Below, piece by piece: positions 19,300 to 27,575 of a stretch of DNA of 57,263 nt. This DNA is from Candidatus Sericytochromatia bacterium (lineage in GTDB: Bacteria > Cyanobacteriota > Sericytochromatia > S15B-MN24 > JAQBPE01). The notes under the pieces were generated by a model that did not search any database, was not told the origin of the DNA, and saw nothing but the letters and a program-made list of their open reading frames with translations. Both the position numbers and the translations under genes were made by a program. Numbering within the stretch: the first letter of the stretch is position 1; the number at the start of each line of letters is the position of its first letter. The stretch lies in NCBI GenBank assembly GCA_040400605.1, contig JBBAPZ010000012.1, forward strand, positions 1 through 57,263, in the 5' to 3' direction.

Positions 19300-21546
19300 A
19301 TGACAGCCAGCGTCAAGTTTTTCTTTGTTCTGGGCGGCCACCTGCCTGAGCAGGACCTGACGCATTTTTTTGGGGGGCAAGATGATGATCCCCTTGCGGG
19401 TGTGATGATCTCTGCCCGTTTGCCGCCGATAGCAACCGATGAGTATTATCACCGCGTGTTTCCACAGGAGCCGATCACCCACCGCTACGCGCTGTTGACC
19501 GAAGAAGGGGATGCAGCTGTGCCGTTGAATCACATTGATGGGTTATGGGCGAATGTGACCAGACTCAATGTGGCGCGGTCTGTGTCAGATATCCGTGAAT
19601 CGCAGCAGGACTGGTGGCACAAGCTGGATCGATTTGTGTCGGCGATGCGGGACCATGTGAATGATGGTGATGTATTGGTGATTGACATCTCCGCAGGGAT
19701 GCGCGACGTGCCTTTGATGCTGATGATCAGTCTGATGCAGTTACGGGTCTGTTTTGAAACCCTGCACCTTCGACTGGTGACGTGTGGCAAGTTGGAAACG
19801 GGCATTGTGATGCGGGATGTTACCCGTAGTTTTCAGGTGATGGAATGGGCGTTGGCGCTGGCTGGCGTGCGGGAACAAGGGGATTTGAGGGGCTTGAAGG
19901 CGCTGGTCGCGGACTTGCGTGTTCGACGCGGGCAATCTGTTCACAATGACGTGACCGACCCGTGCTGGCAGCACTTGCAGGAACTGCACGATCAAATCGA
20001 GACACTCGAACAGGCGGTGCTTGATTGGCATTATCACGCCATACCGGCTTGCCTGGAGACGATCACGGCGTTTCCTTTACAGATACCTCAAGCGGTTGAG
20101 GGCATTGAATGCGAGTTGCCCGAGTTGTTGCTTCTTGAATTGGCACTCGCTGTCGTCACCGATTGCTTCAGGCTGCCAAGTGACGTCGGGCCCGCGACGG
20201 CGACGTGGCCTTTGTTGAATTCCGGAATTTTCATTGAGCGTTTCACGCGTTGGGGACGCTGGACGGAGGCTGTGTCGCTGGCGACGGCCTTCGTCTGTGA
20301 GCGTGCGGCTTGGTTGCTTGAGCCCTCAGATGATTCAAAAAACACTGCCCAACGTTATGAAAGGTATCAATTGGCGCTTGAAGCGGAGACGGACCACACA
20401 ACGCAAAATTTGCGGGTGCGACTGATGGCCTTGCCGCAGGGCCCCGGGCTGCTTCATGCTTTCGATGGGCTACAAAGGCTGAGACACGTGCTTTTGCACG
20501 GTCAGACGACCACTGGGAATTGGCCAAAAGACTTGGACACCGTGCGGGGGGTGTTAGAGGGTGTCGCGCAGCATTTGCGCGCGCAGACACTGATTGCTGA
20601 TGATAACGCCAAGGTGCCAAGTGTCAAGCGCGGGGGGTTGTTTTTGACACTTGGTGATTCGACGGATTATGTCTCACGCCCTGATGGTGTTCCGGATGCA
20701 GGTCCGGCCTTTTCAGAGGCGGCCGCCGCAGGACACGTTGTCCAATCGTCTGTTTCGAAGCAGCTTGCCGGAATGTCTGGTTACACACAGATGCATGCGA
20801 ACGGCCTCCGCTCATCTCGAGAAACCGGTGACGCGATTGCGGTTCCTGTCGTGACGGATTTGTCCGGACAGGAGTTCAGTCTCAACTTTGTCGATCAGGC
20901 GAATGATGACTCGCGTGATTCGAGTCATTATGCAGGTGTGATTCGGCGCATGATTGATGCGGTGCAAGACGGTGATCGGTTGATTCTGGATTTGACCCAC
21001 GGGTTGGGAGACGTCCCCGTCACGGCTTTGGGGATGGTGATTTTTCTGCGTTATGTCCGATGCGACGTCAATGTGTCACTGATCACGTACGACAACCACA
21101 CTCCCTCCGAACTGTTGAATCTCACACCGATTCGTGATTTGTTTACCCTGGCCGGTGCGCTGGACGTGCTGCGCCGGGGCGTCAATCCGCTACCATTGGC
21201 TGCTTGGCTGAAAATCCAGCAGCATGGACACGTTCAGGGCCTCGGTGATGATTTGGAACATTTGGCACTCGCATTGTTGACGCGTCGTCCGGCAGGCATC
21301 GAGGCGTGCGGTGAGGTGGTCGCAAAACGCCTGCGCGACGATCAGCAGATGGATCAGGCTTGCCAGAGCGTCCCCGGCTTGGCACTCGTGCTGGTGCAAC
21401 TGAAAGCAACCATGCCGCTCCTGCTCGCCGATGGCACATCCTTTCAGCAAACGTTCCATGGCTGGTATCACGCGCGCGGTGCACGGTTGCTTGGGCAGCG
21501 TGAACGAGGCCCACGAGCCGGGCATCTAGATGAGAACCGTTTTTAG
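19300..21546 (+). CDS. Tandem CARF (TM1812/Csx1-like) protein with central HEPN motif: CARF-HEPN-CARF
   Basis: CARF1: FFFVLG...GDVLVIDISAGMRDVPL. HEPN RxxxxH: LRHVLLHG (20482-20499). CARF2: LFLTLG...GDRLILDLTHGLGDVPV. Confidence 0.72.
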   Translation: MTASVKFFFVLGGHLPEQDLTHFFGGQDDDPLAGVMISARLPPIATDEYYHRVFPQEPITHRYALLTEEGDAAVPLNHIDGLWANVTRLNVARSVSDIRESQQDWWHKLDRFVSAMRDHVNDGDVLVIDISAGMRDVPLMLMISLMQLRVCFETLHLRLVTCGKLETGIVMRDVTRSFQVMEWALALAGVREQGDLRGLKALVADLRVRRGQSVHNDVTDPCWQHLQELHDQIETLEQAVLDWHYHAIPACLETITAFPLQIPQAVEGIECELPELLLLELALAVVTDCFRLPSDVGPATATWPLLNSGIFIERFTRWGRWTEAVSLATAFVCERAAWLLEPSDDSKNTAQRYERYQLALEAETDHTTQNLRVRLMALPQGPGLLHAFDGLQRLRHVLLHGQTTTGNWPKDLDTVRGVLEGVAQHLRAQTLIADDNAKVPSVKRGGLFLTLGDSTDYVSRPDGVPDAGPAFSEAAAAGHVVQSSVSKQLAGMSGYTQMHANGLRSSRETGDAIAVPVVTDLSGQEFSLNFVDQANDDSRDSSHYAGVIRRMIDAVQDGDRLILDLTHGLGDVPVTALGMVIFLRYVRCDVNVSLITYDNHTPSELLNLTPIRDLFTLAGALDVLRRGVNPLPLAAWLKIQQHGHVQGLGDDLEHLALALLTRRPAGIEACGEVVAKRLRDDQQMDQACQSVPGLALVLVQLKATMPLLLADGTSFQQTFHGWYHARGARLLGQRERGPRAGHLDENRF

Positions 21547-21859
21547 CCGAGCAGCAACGACGCTTGGGCCGGCGGGGCTTGCTAACTTGACTTCTCGGAT
21601 GCATTGATGATCGGGGTCTTTGCATCGGTTGAAAGGGGGATTGTCTCACGAAATCTGGTCGAGCGCCTGCATCGTGTGCGAATCATCGCATTTGCCGCAT
21701 ACAGTCTGCCAGCGAGACCCCTGTTTGCAGGCGAGAAGACCGTTTGACCGGAGACCAACTGTTAACGTCGAACCGTCCTGAATCACGGATGTGGTGCGTG
21801 GTCGAGTGTCGTCTGTTTAACACCTGAAACAGCCCGTTTTTCGGCTATACCATAGTTCA

Positions 21860-22079
21860 CGGACATTGCTACGACTTGATTTCAGCGGTTACTTCGCGGA
21901 AGTCGGGAGGACTTTTCCAAGTGAAGTGAGCTGACATCGAGAATCTGAATCTGTTGGCAACCCAGTTGACCCTCGCGGCGTTGGAGACGATCACGATTCA
22001 GCGTACGGGTGTTTATCCCCTCAGCATGACGTTTGAGGCACAAGGTGCCAAGTAACGGGGAAAAAGGCGAGATAGCGTT
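21860..22079 (+). ncRNA. Candidate 6S RNA-like rod-shaped non-coding RNA
   Basis: Nested pairings GCTA/TAGC, GTTACTT(21888)/AAGTAAC(22050), GACATC/GGTGTT and CTGAATC/GATTCAG, with side hairpins in the central region. Upstream TACCAT -10-like box, downstream terminator, no credible ORF. Confidence 0.55.
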
Positions 22080-22106
22080 GGGAGGGGCGATCGCCCCTCC
22101 CATTTT
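22079..22106 (+). terminator. Intrinsic terminator (perfect palindrome centred on GCGATCGC)
   Basis: TGGGAGGGGCGATCGCCCCTCCCA followed by TTTT. Confidence 0.75.
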
Positions 22107-22240
22107 GTTCGATAGTCCAGACTTTAGACGTGGTGGTGACGTAAATCATCGTCTTTGGTAACAACTTTGATATCATGGTCGCTGAATTGACCCTTATTAT
22201 GCGACCTATGCGGCGCAGAAATCGTGCGAAAGGAATTGCG

Positions 22241-23080
22241 ATGACTGTCCAGGCGCGCGCGGAACAAGAAGAGCCGTCATCGGTAACCCTATCGGCTTAC
22301 CAGGAGTTGCCCTTCAGTTTGACGCCCAATCCGAGGTTTTTGCACATTGGTACACAACATCGTTCCGCCATCGCCAAGAGCTTGTATCTGGTCGAACACC
22401 GCCAAGGCTTGACGGTTATCTTTGGTGATGTCGGGATGGGAAAAACAACGGTTAGTCGTCATCTGCTGCATCACTTTCTGGATTATCCCGAAAAATATGT
22501 GGTGGCTTATTTACCCAATCCGTCGTATCCATCGGAGCATCAATTGTTGGTGTCGATTTGCGAGGAGTTCGGCATTGCACCGGCGCGCAGCAAACAGGCG
22601 ACTTTGGTACGATTGAACGGTTTCTTTGTGGACAACTATCAAAACGGGCAAATCACGGTTTTACTGATTGACGAAGCGCAGATGCTAAAAGGCCAGCAGT
22701 TTGAATTGTTGCGTCAGTTGCTTAACTTCGAAACGGATCAGCACAAATTAATTCAGATTGTGATGTTTGGCCAAAATGAGCTTCGCACCAAGTTAAAACC
22801 CAAGAAGGCCTTGTGTTCGCGCATCGTGACCCGGTCAACCCTTGAACCGCTCGACATGGCTGACACAGAGGCGATGATTCGTTTTCGCCTCCAAGTCGCC
22901 GGATACGCGCCGGATTACTTCAGTGGCGCAGCGATCAAGCGGATTTACGACGCCAGTAATGGCATTCCACGCGAGATCAATAAAATTTGTCTCTCCGCCT
23001 TCACGCTCGCCGCTTTCAGTCACACAGGCGGTGTATCGCTGGACCTGGTGGAACAGGCCATCGAGGAGATAGGATCATGA
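22241..23080 (+). CDS. ExeA/GspA-like AAA+ ATPase (no TM or peptidoglycan-binding tail)
   Basis: Motifs PFSLTPNPRF, Walker A GDVGMGKT, Walker B LLIDEAQ, GQNEL, SRIV, SNGIPREIN. ATG 22241 with AAGGAA RBS. Confidence 0.88.
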   Translation: MTVQARAEQEEPSSVTLSAYQELPFSLTPNPRFLHIGTQHRSAIAKSLYLVEHRQGLTVIFGDVGMGKTTVSRHLLHHFLDYPEKYVVAYLPNPSYPSEHQLLVSICEEFGIAPARSKQATLVRLNGFFVDNYQNGQITVLLIDEAQMLKGQQFELLRQLLNFETDQHKLIQIVMFGQNELRTKLKPKKALCSRIVTRSTLEPLDMADTEAMIRFRLQVAGYAPDYFSGAAIKRIYDASNGIPREINKICLSAFTLAAFSHTGGVSLDLVEQAIEEIGS

Positions 23081-24075
23081 CGCTGACTGGTTCCAAGCGC
23101 GGCACATTTGCTGCGATGTATGAAGCAAGCAAGGACTTGAGCCTGGATGGCAACCCTCGCCAGGTGCGCCTCGAGGCGTTGGAGGTCCTGCCTGACCAAC
23201 CACGACGAGCCTTTGACGACACGTCGCTACAGGAACTCGCAGACAGCATCAAAGCGCACGGCATTTTACAACCGCTACTGGTGCGGATTGTGCCAGGCAG
23301 TTCACCGACCCGGTATCAGATTGTTGCGGGGGAGCGCCGTTTTCGGGCAGCAAAAATGGCGACGCTGGGCAGCGTTCCGGTTGTAATCAAGAACCTGAAT
23401 GACCAAGCGGCCCTTGAAGTGGCTTTGATCGAAAACCTGCAACGCGACGATATCTCGCCCCTGGAGGAAGCCTACACGCTGAAAAAAATCCTGGATTCGA
23501 GTGAGATGAGCCATCGCGAATTGGGCGAGCGGATCGGCAAAACCAAAGCCTACGTGGAACAGCGCGTCCGACTACTCCGGTATCCGGAAGAGATTCGCAA
23601 CGCGCTCGGTGGTGAACCTGAGACCGCTGCCAGTTTCACGCCCGGTCATGCCAAAGCGGTCGTGCAGCTCGATGATCGCGAAACACGTGAAGCCGCCATC
23701 ACATTGATTCAGCGCGGGGGTCTTTCAGTGCGCGAAGCCGAAAGACGGGTGCAACAACTGAAACAATTGGAAGCCAGCCCTGCGCTGCAGCCTGCTCGTC
23801 ACCGCGCGCTGCAAACAGCAATCCTAAGCCCGGAAGGTTTGAATGATCAAAGCCTGGCCCGACAATTGCAAACGCAAACCACCACCAAGGCGTTGCAAGC
23901 GGCAACAGACCTGGTCGATTGCCGGTCTTTGATGCTTGTCCAACACCTCCAAAAAGCGACCGCAAATGAGGATTGGTGCTTGGATCGCCAAGCACTCATT
24001 GACTTGCTGCGCCAAGATTTGCGAATGCTCGCCCAAGGAAAGGGCTCAGGTGGCGATCAACAGCTCGGCTTGTAA
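23077..24075 (+). CDS. ParB/Spo0J-family CTPase with HTH
   Basis: Motifs QPRRAFD, ELADSIKAHGILQPLLVR, AGERRFRAA, ALIENLQRDD and HTH SHRELGERIGKTKAYV. ATGA overlap with the ATPase stop. Confidence 0.92.
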   Translation: MTLTGSKRGTFAAMYEASKDLSLDGNPRQVRLEALEVLPDQPRRAFDDTSLQELADSIKAHGILQPLLVRIVPGSSPTRYQIVAGERRFRAAKMATLGSVPVVIKNLNDQAALEVALIENLQRDDISPLEEAYTLKKILDSSEMSHRELGERIGKTKAYVEQRVRLLRYPEEIRNALGGEPETAASFTPGHAKAVVQLDDRETREAAITLIQRGGLSVREAERRVQQLKQLEASPALQPARHRALQTAILSPEGLNDQSLARQLQTQTTTKALQAATDLVDCRSLMLVQHLQKATANEDWCLDRQALIDLLRQDLRMLAQGKGSGGDQQLGL

Positions 24076-24546
24076 CAAATAATGAGCGGTTTCGAGCCCC
24101 TCAAGCATGCCAGCTCGAAAACCGCTCTCATAGTCAGCCTCGTCCTCGCGCAAGGACGAAAAGGCGGTTTGCCCTTGTTGCTCCGCCATGATGTTTTCCA
24201 GCTCCAACAGTACGCCGGCGAGCGAATCACGCAAGCGTTCAAGCTGTTGATTAAAGGCGTGACCATCACCGCGCCCCGCTCCCGCCAATACCCGAAATGG
24301 ACGGACCTTGCCAAGGGCTGTGCCCTCGCCGCCCACCACGTCGAAACGACGAGCCCGCGAACCATCGGGCGTGACAACAGTGTCACCACGCCGCACCAAG
24401 ACGTCATTGAGGACATCACTAACCGTCGCGTTACGCTCACGAGCAAGTGACTCGAGGTTGTTGAGGGCTTCCGGAATCAAACGAAACGTTTTCAGTTCGC
24501 GCCGCGCACCGCTCTTGGCTGGCCGGCCCCCGGCTTGTTTGTTCAT
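24046..24546 (-). CDS. Putative ribbon-helix-helix (CopG-like) DNA-binding protein with C-terminal helical region
   Basis: GGRPAK followed by RELKTFRLIPEALNNLESLARERNATVSDVLNDVL fits the RHH beta-alpha-alpha pattern. Convergent with parB, 30-bp overlap. Confidence 0.6.
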   Translation of the reverse strand: MNKQAGGRPAKSGARRELKTFRLIPEALNNLESLARERNATVSDVLNDVLVRRGDTVVTPDGSRARRFDVVGGEGTALGKVRPFRVLAGAGRGDGHAFNQQLERLRDSLAGVLLELENIMAEQQGQTAFSSLREDEADYESGFRAGMLEGLETAHYLLQAELLIAT

Positions 24547-24800
24547 CGTTGGCGTGTTTCTTTCAATGTCAAAAACGAATTGGTGACCGCGATCATTGCA
24601 AAATAAAACGTTAGAGTGTTCGGCCGTCATGGCACACGGACAAGCATACACTACTCGCGATCATCTTGTCCCGACCCGAATCGCCATCAACAAAAATTTT
24701 TTTGAATTCGACGGAATGATGGCGCCTTTGCTCACCAGAGGTGTCTGTTACGGGGTATGCTGAAGCGGTACGTTTGCAAATATGCAGGGGTGGTGCAGCC

Positions 24801-25901
24801 ATGGCCAGCAAAGAGCCCGTCTATGGCGTTCCCGTGAGAGAACCGGTTTATCATTTTCCGTGGCAGACGCTGGATGCCATCATTGCGGGGCGTTCGGCGA
24901 TTGACCTTGAGGGACTTCGTCTGACGACTGCCCAGGCGGCAAATGAATTCATCGCCTCTTACGGTTACAACGTGACAGATGCCGCTGACAGTGCCGAAAT
25001 GGCCCAAATTTGGGATTTGAGTGCGGCATTCATCGCGACGTCTTTGTTGCCTTACGCAGAGGTCACGCACGTACCGTTTGAGTTGCCGCACGAGTATCCA
25101 GACCTTCTTTTGATCGCCTCCACGCCGGACCACCCATTACGGAATTGGGCGTGCTCATTTCTGCGAGTGAGTCACGCCGTCGTCCACGCCCGTTACGGCC
25201 AAGATATGCAGGCATTGGAGAACGGACGAATCCAACTGCTGGAACACTTGAAGCCACACCTGACTGCAGGCGCGGCGGGGACGGTGGTGAGCGATGGCGA
25301 GATGACCATTCCGCTAGTCAGACTCGACTTCAAGACGGAGAAACCGTGGGAAAGCCTTGTTCTGAAGCTCCTTCACAAGGTGGATAACGTGGCTACCGAG
25401 ATTTATGATCATTTGGGCCTGCGGTTTGTGACGCCGGATAAAGCGTATGCGTTGTTGTTGTTGAAGTATTTCAGACTCAACAATCTGTTCTGTTTTGCTA
25501 ACATCAAGCCCAGTCGTTCACTCAATACGTTGGTCGATCTCCTTGAGTTCAAAAGCGGGTTTCAGGAACTCGAATCGGCCTACCTGGCGGGCGAACTCAG
25601 CTTCAAGGCTTTCCAATCCGCCGTTCACAAGCTCGGCACCAACCCTGACACCGGGCATGGGCGCAATCCACATTCTGACCAAGGCTACCAAACCATGCAA
25701 TTTACGGCCCGGATGATGGTGCGTGCCATCCACGGTGATACCATCACCCGAACCTTTATACCCTTTGAAGTTCAAATTATGGACGAAGCCGCTTATCACG
25801 CCAATCGCGCGGGCAAGGCCGAACACGGCGCCTACCGGGAACGGCAGCGCCTCGCCGTGTGCCGCCGTGTGTTTCCCTGGGCACTACCAAACGACACCTA
25901 A
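24801..25901 (+). CDS. TIGR04552-like protein (RelA/SpoT-type nucleotidyltransferase fold)
   Basis: K..ESLVLKLLHK, IYDHLGLRFV, GYQTMQFT, FEVQIMD and H.AYR..Q match the synthetase-like motif order. N-terminal GRSAID region is as I recall for this family. Confidence 0.7.
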   Translation: MASKEPVYGVPVREPVYHFPWQTLDAIIAGRSAIDLEGLRLTTAQAANEFIASYGYNVTDAADSAEMAQIWDLSAAFIATSLLPYAEVTHVPFELPHEYPDLLLIASTPDHPLRNWACSFLRVSHAVVHARYGQDMQALENGRIQLLEHLKPHLTAGAAGTVVSDGEMTIPLVRLDFKTEKPWESLVLKLLHKVDNVATEIYDHLGLRFVTPDKAYALLLLKYFRLNNLFCFANIKPSRSLNTLVDLLEFKSGFQELESAYLAGELSFKAFQSAVHKLGTNPDTGHGRNPHSDQGYQTMQFTARMMVRAIHGDTITRTFIPFEVQIMDEAAYHANRAGKAEHGAYRERQRLAVCRRVFPWALPNDT

Positions 25902-26234
25902 ACTCACCACGGCCGCCCACCTGCGATTGATGATGCGCAAGACGCTCAGTCGCCCCCAGCTTTTAACGGGGGATCGGCAATTCATTGGGCAAAACCTTGC
26001 CAATCAAGCCATCATGCTTTCTATGAAAGATGTTCGGTCCGTAGAACCTGTCGTTTCGGTTTGCAGACAATTCAGCATCACAACGGTGGTTGAAGCGCTG
26101 TTCGATTTGGTGGGCTGGCAAACAAGCGTCGAAAAAAACAGCAGAACTTGGGCATGGTATGCTATGGCACGGTTGTTGGGTCTGCCACAATCCGCAGGAG
26201 TTGTTTATCTGATTCGACAGGAGTGATTCGAACC

Positions 26235-26765
26235 ATGCGCCTTGCCGTGATGCTTGCTGCCGTGACACTGGCCCTTCAGGGTTGTCCGGCTCAGGAAGAA
26301 ACCAAACAAAATACACAAAGTTCAGAAAGTACCAGCGTAGCCGCCTCAACACAACCCGGCACTGCATCAGGCGCTCCTGCCGCGTCAGGCGCTTCCGAGG
26401 CCATTTCAACCGAAGCCAAGGTGACCACCCCGAGTGGGCTCAAATACACGGTGCTCAAAGATGGAGCGCCCGACGCCAAAGTGGCCAAGGCGGGTGACAA
26501 GGTGCAAGTCCATTATACGGGCTGGTTAACCAACGGGACCAAGTTCGATTCGTCGCTTGATCGTAACCAGCCATTCGAATTCAGTGTCGGGCAAGGCATG
26601 GTCATCAAGGGTTGGGATGAAGGTGTTGCGGGCATGAAGGTCGGTGAGAAGCGCAAGTTGGTGATCCCCTCCGACCTGGGTTATGGGGCACAAGGCGCCG
26701 GTGGTGGTGCAATCCCAGGCAATGCGACGCTCATTTTCGAAGTCGAATTGCTTGACATCAAATAG
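26235..26765 (+). CDS. FKBP-type peptidyl-prolyl isomerase, lipoprotein
   Basis: LQGC lipobox; motifs VHYTGWL, FDSS, VIKGWDEG, LIFEVELL. Confidence 0.95.
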   Translation: MRLAVMLAAVTLALQGCPAQEETKQNTQSSESTSVAASTQPGTASGAPAASGASEAISTEAKVTTPSGLKYTVLKDGAPDAKVAKAGDKVQVHYTGWLTNGTKFDSSLDRNQPFEFSVGQGMVIKGWDEGVAGMKVGEKRKLVIPSDLGYGAQGAGGGAIPGNATLIFEVELLDIK

Positions 26766-27570
26766 GGCTGTCCGCTTTCCGGTACAGTTGTCTCTGGCGG
26801 CCATCCTGGCGTTGGTGGTCGCCTTTTGGTCTGGGCCTGCGTGGGCCTGGGGCCATTGGATGCATGCATTGGTGGCCGAGCGTAGTCTGGCCGTTTTACT
26901 GCCCAGGCACCCTGAGTTGTTAGCGAGTCAAGATGCCTGGTGGTTGGCAGCCTGGAGCATCCACCTGCTCGATTTGCAAGCTGCCAGACAGGCGCATCGG
27001 GAGGTCCGGGAACCCGATTTTTCAGCTGCGCCGCCGCGGTCATCGTATCAAAAGACCTTTGTGCGTGCGTGGGTGATGCACCGGGATTTGGATACGGATA
27101 TGACTTGTTTTGTAGCTGGACTGCCGGCCTTTGACGGTGTCGATGGGCGACGCAATGACCTGTTGGTTGGGTTGATCAGTGACGCTCAGCTAAGTGCCTT
27201 GGCGTATGAGGTGGCGCTGTCACAATCACGTTTGGTGTATCGGGCGCTGCACAGTCCGGATGGCACGGCGTGGGCCACCTGGTTTGCTGCGCTTGTGAAT
27301 ATCAACGCGGGTAATTTTTTGCAGGCGGCGCGTTACGACTGGTGGTTGCTGAGTCAAGGGACGGATACTGCGTTGAATGGACGTGCGCGCAACCTGGGTG
27401 CGGAGCGGGATGCGACGTGGCTGCGTGGACCGGCGGCGCGTCAGTTGACGGGTGATTTGATGCCGTGGGCGGTAAGCCTGAGCGCGCGGGCCGTCAAGGC
27501 TTACGAACGAGGGCAGCCGCCAAACAGGGCGAAGCGAACGAATGTCCCTCAGACACTCAGCGGCGAGTGA
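26752..27570 (+). CDS. Secreted protein, possible zinc-dependent phospholipase C / S1-P1 nuclease fold
   Basis: Signal peptide ending AWA, mature N-terminus W1-G-H-W-M-H6, internal HxxxD (MHRDLD). Start uncertain (TTG 26752). Confidence 0.45.
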   Translation: MTSNRAVRFPVQLSLAAILALVVAFWSGPAWAWGHWMHALVAERSLAVLLPRHPELLASQDAWWLAAWSIHLLDLQAARQAHREVREPDFSAAPPRSSYQKTFVRAWVMHRDLDTDMTCFVAGLPAFDGVDGRRNDLLVGLISDAQLSALAYEVALSQSRLVYRALHSPDGTAWATWFAALVNINAGNFLQAARYDWWLLSQGTDTALNGRARNLGAERDATWLRGPAARQLTGDLMPWAVSLSARAVKAYERGQPPNRAKRTNVPQTLSGE

Positions 27571-27575
27571 GGGCC

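Noticed and set aside
17900..22200. CRISPR array or cas genes near the CARF protein
   Set aside because: No regularly spaced direct repeats and no cas-like ORFs were seen here or elsewhere in the window.
22241..23080. ATPase as part of a T2SS or a Tn7/Mu-like transposon
   Set aside because: No secretion genes, transposase, TniQ or transposon ends nearby.
21550..24800. Canonical parS (TGTTNCACGTGAAACA) near parB
   Set aside because: No full palindrome found by eye; only partial TTCACGTG cores occur inside repeat A.
19300..25901. Calling the region a CBASS operon or integrated island
   Set aside because: The nucleotidyltransferase is RelA/SpoT-like rather than CD-NTase-like. The genes are separated by a terminator and an opposite-strand gene, and there is no integrase or att repeat.
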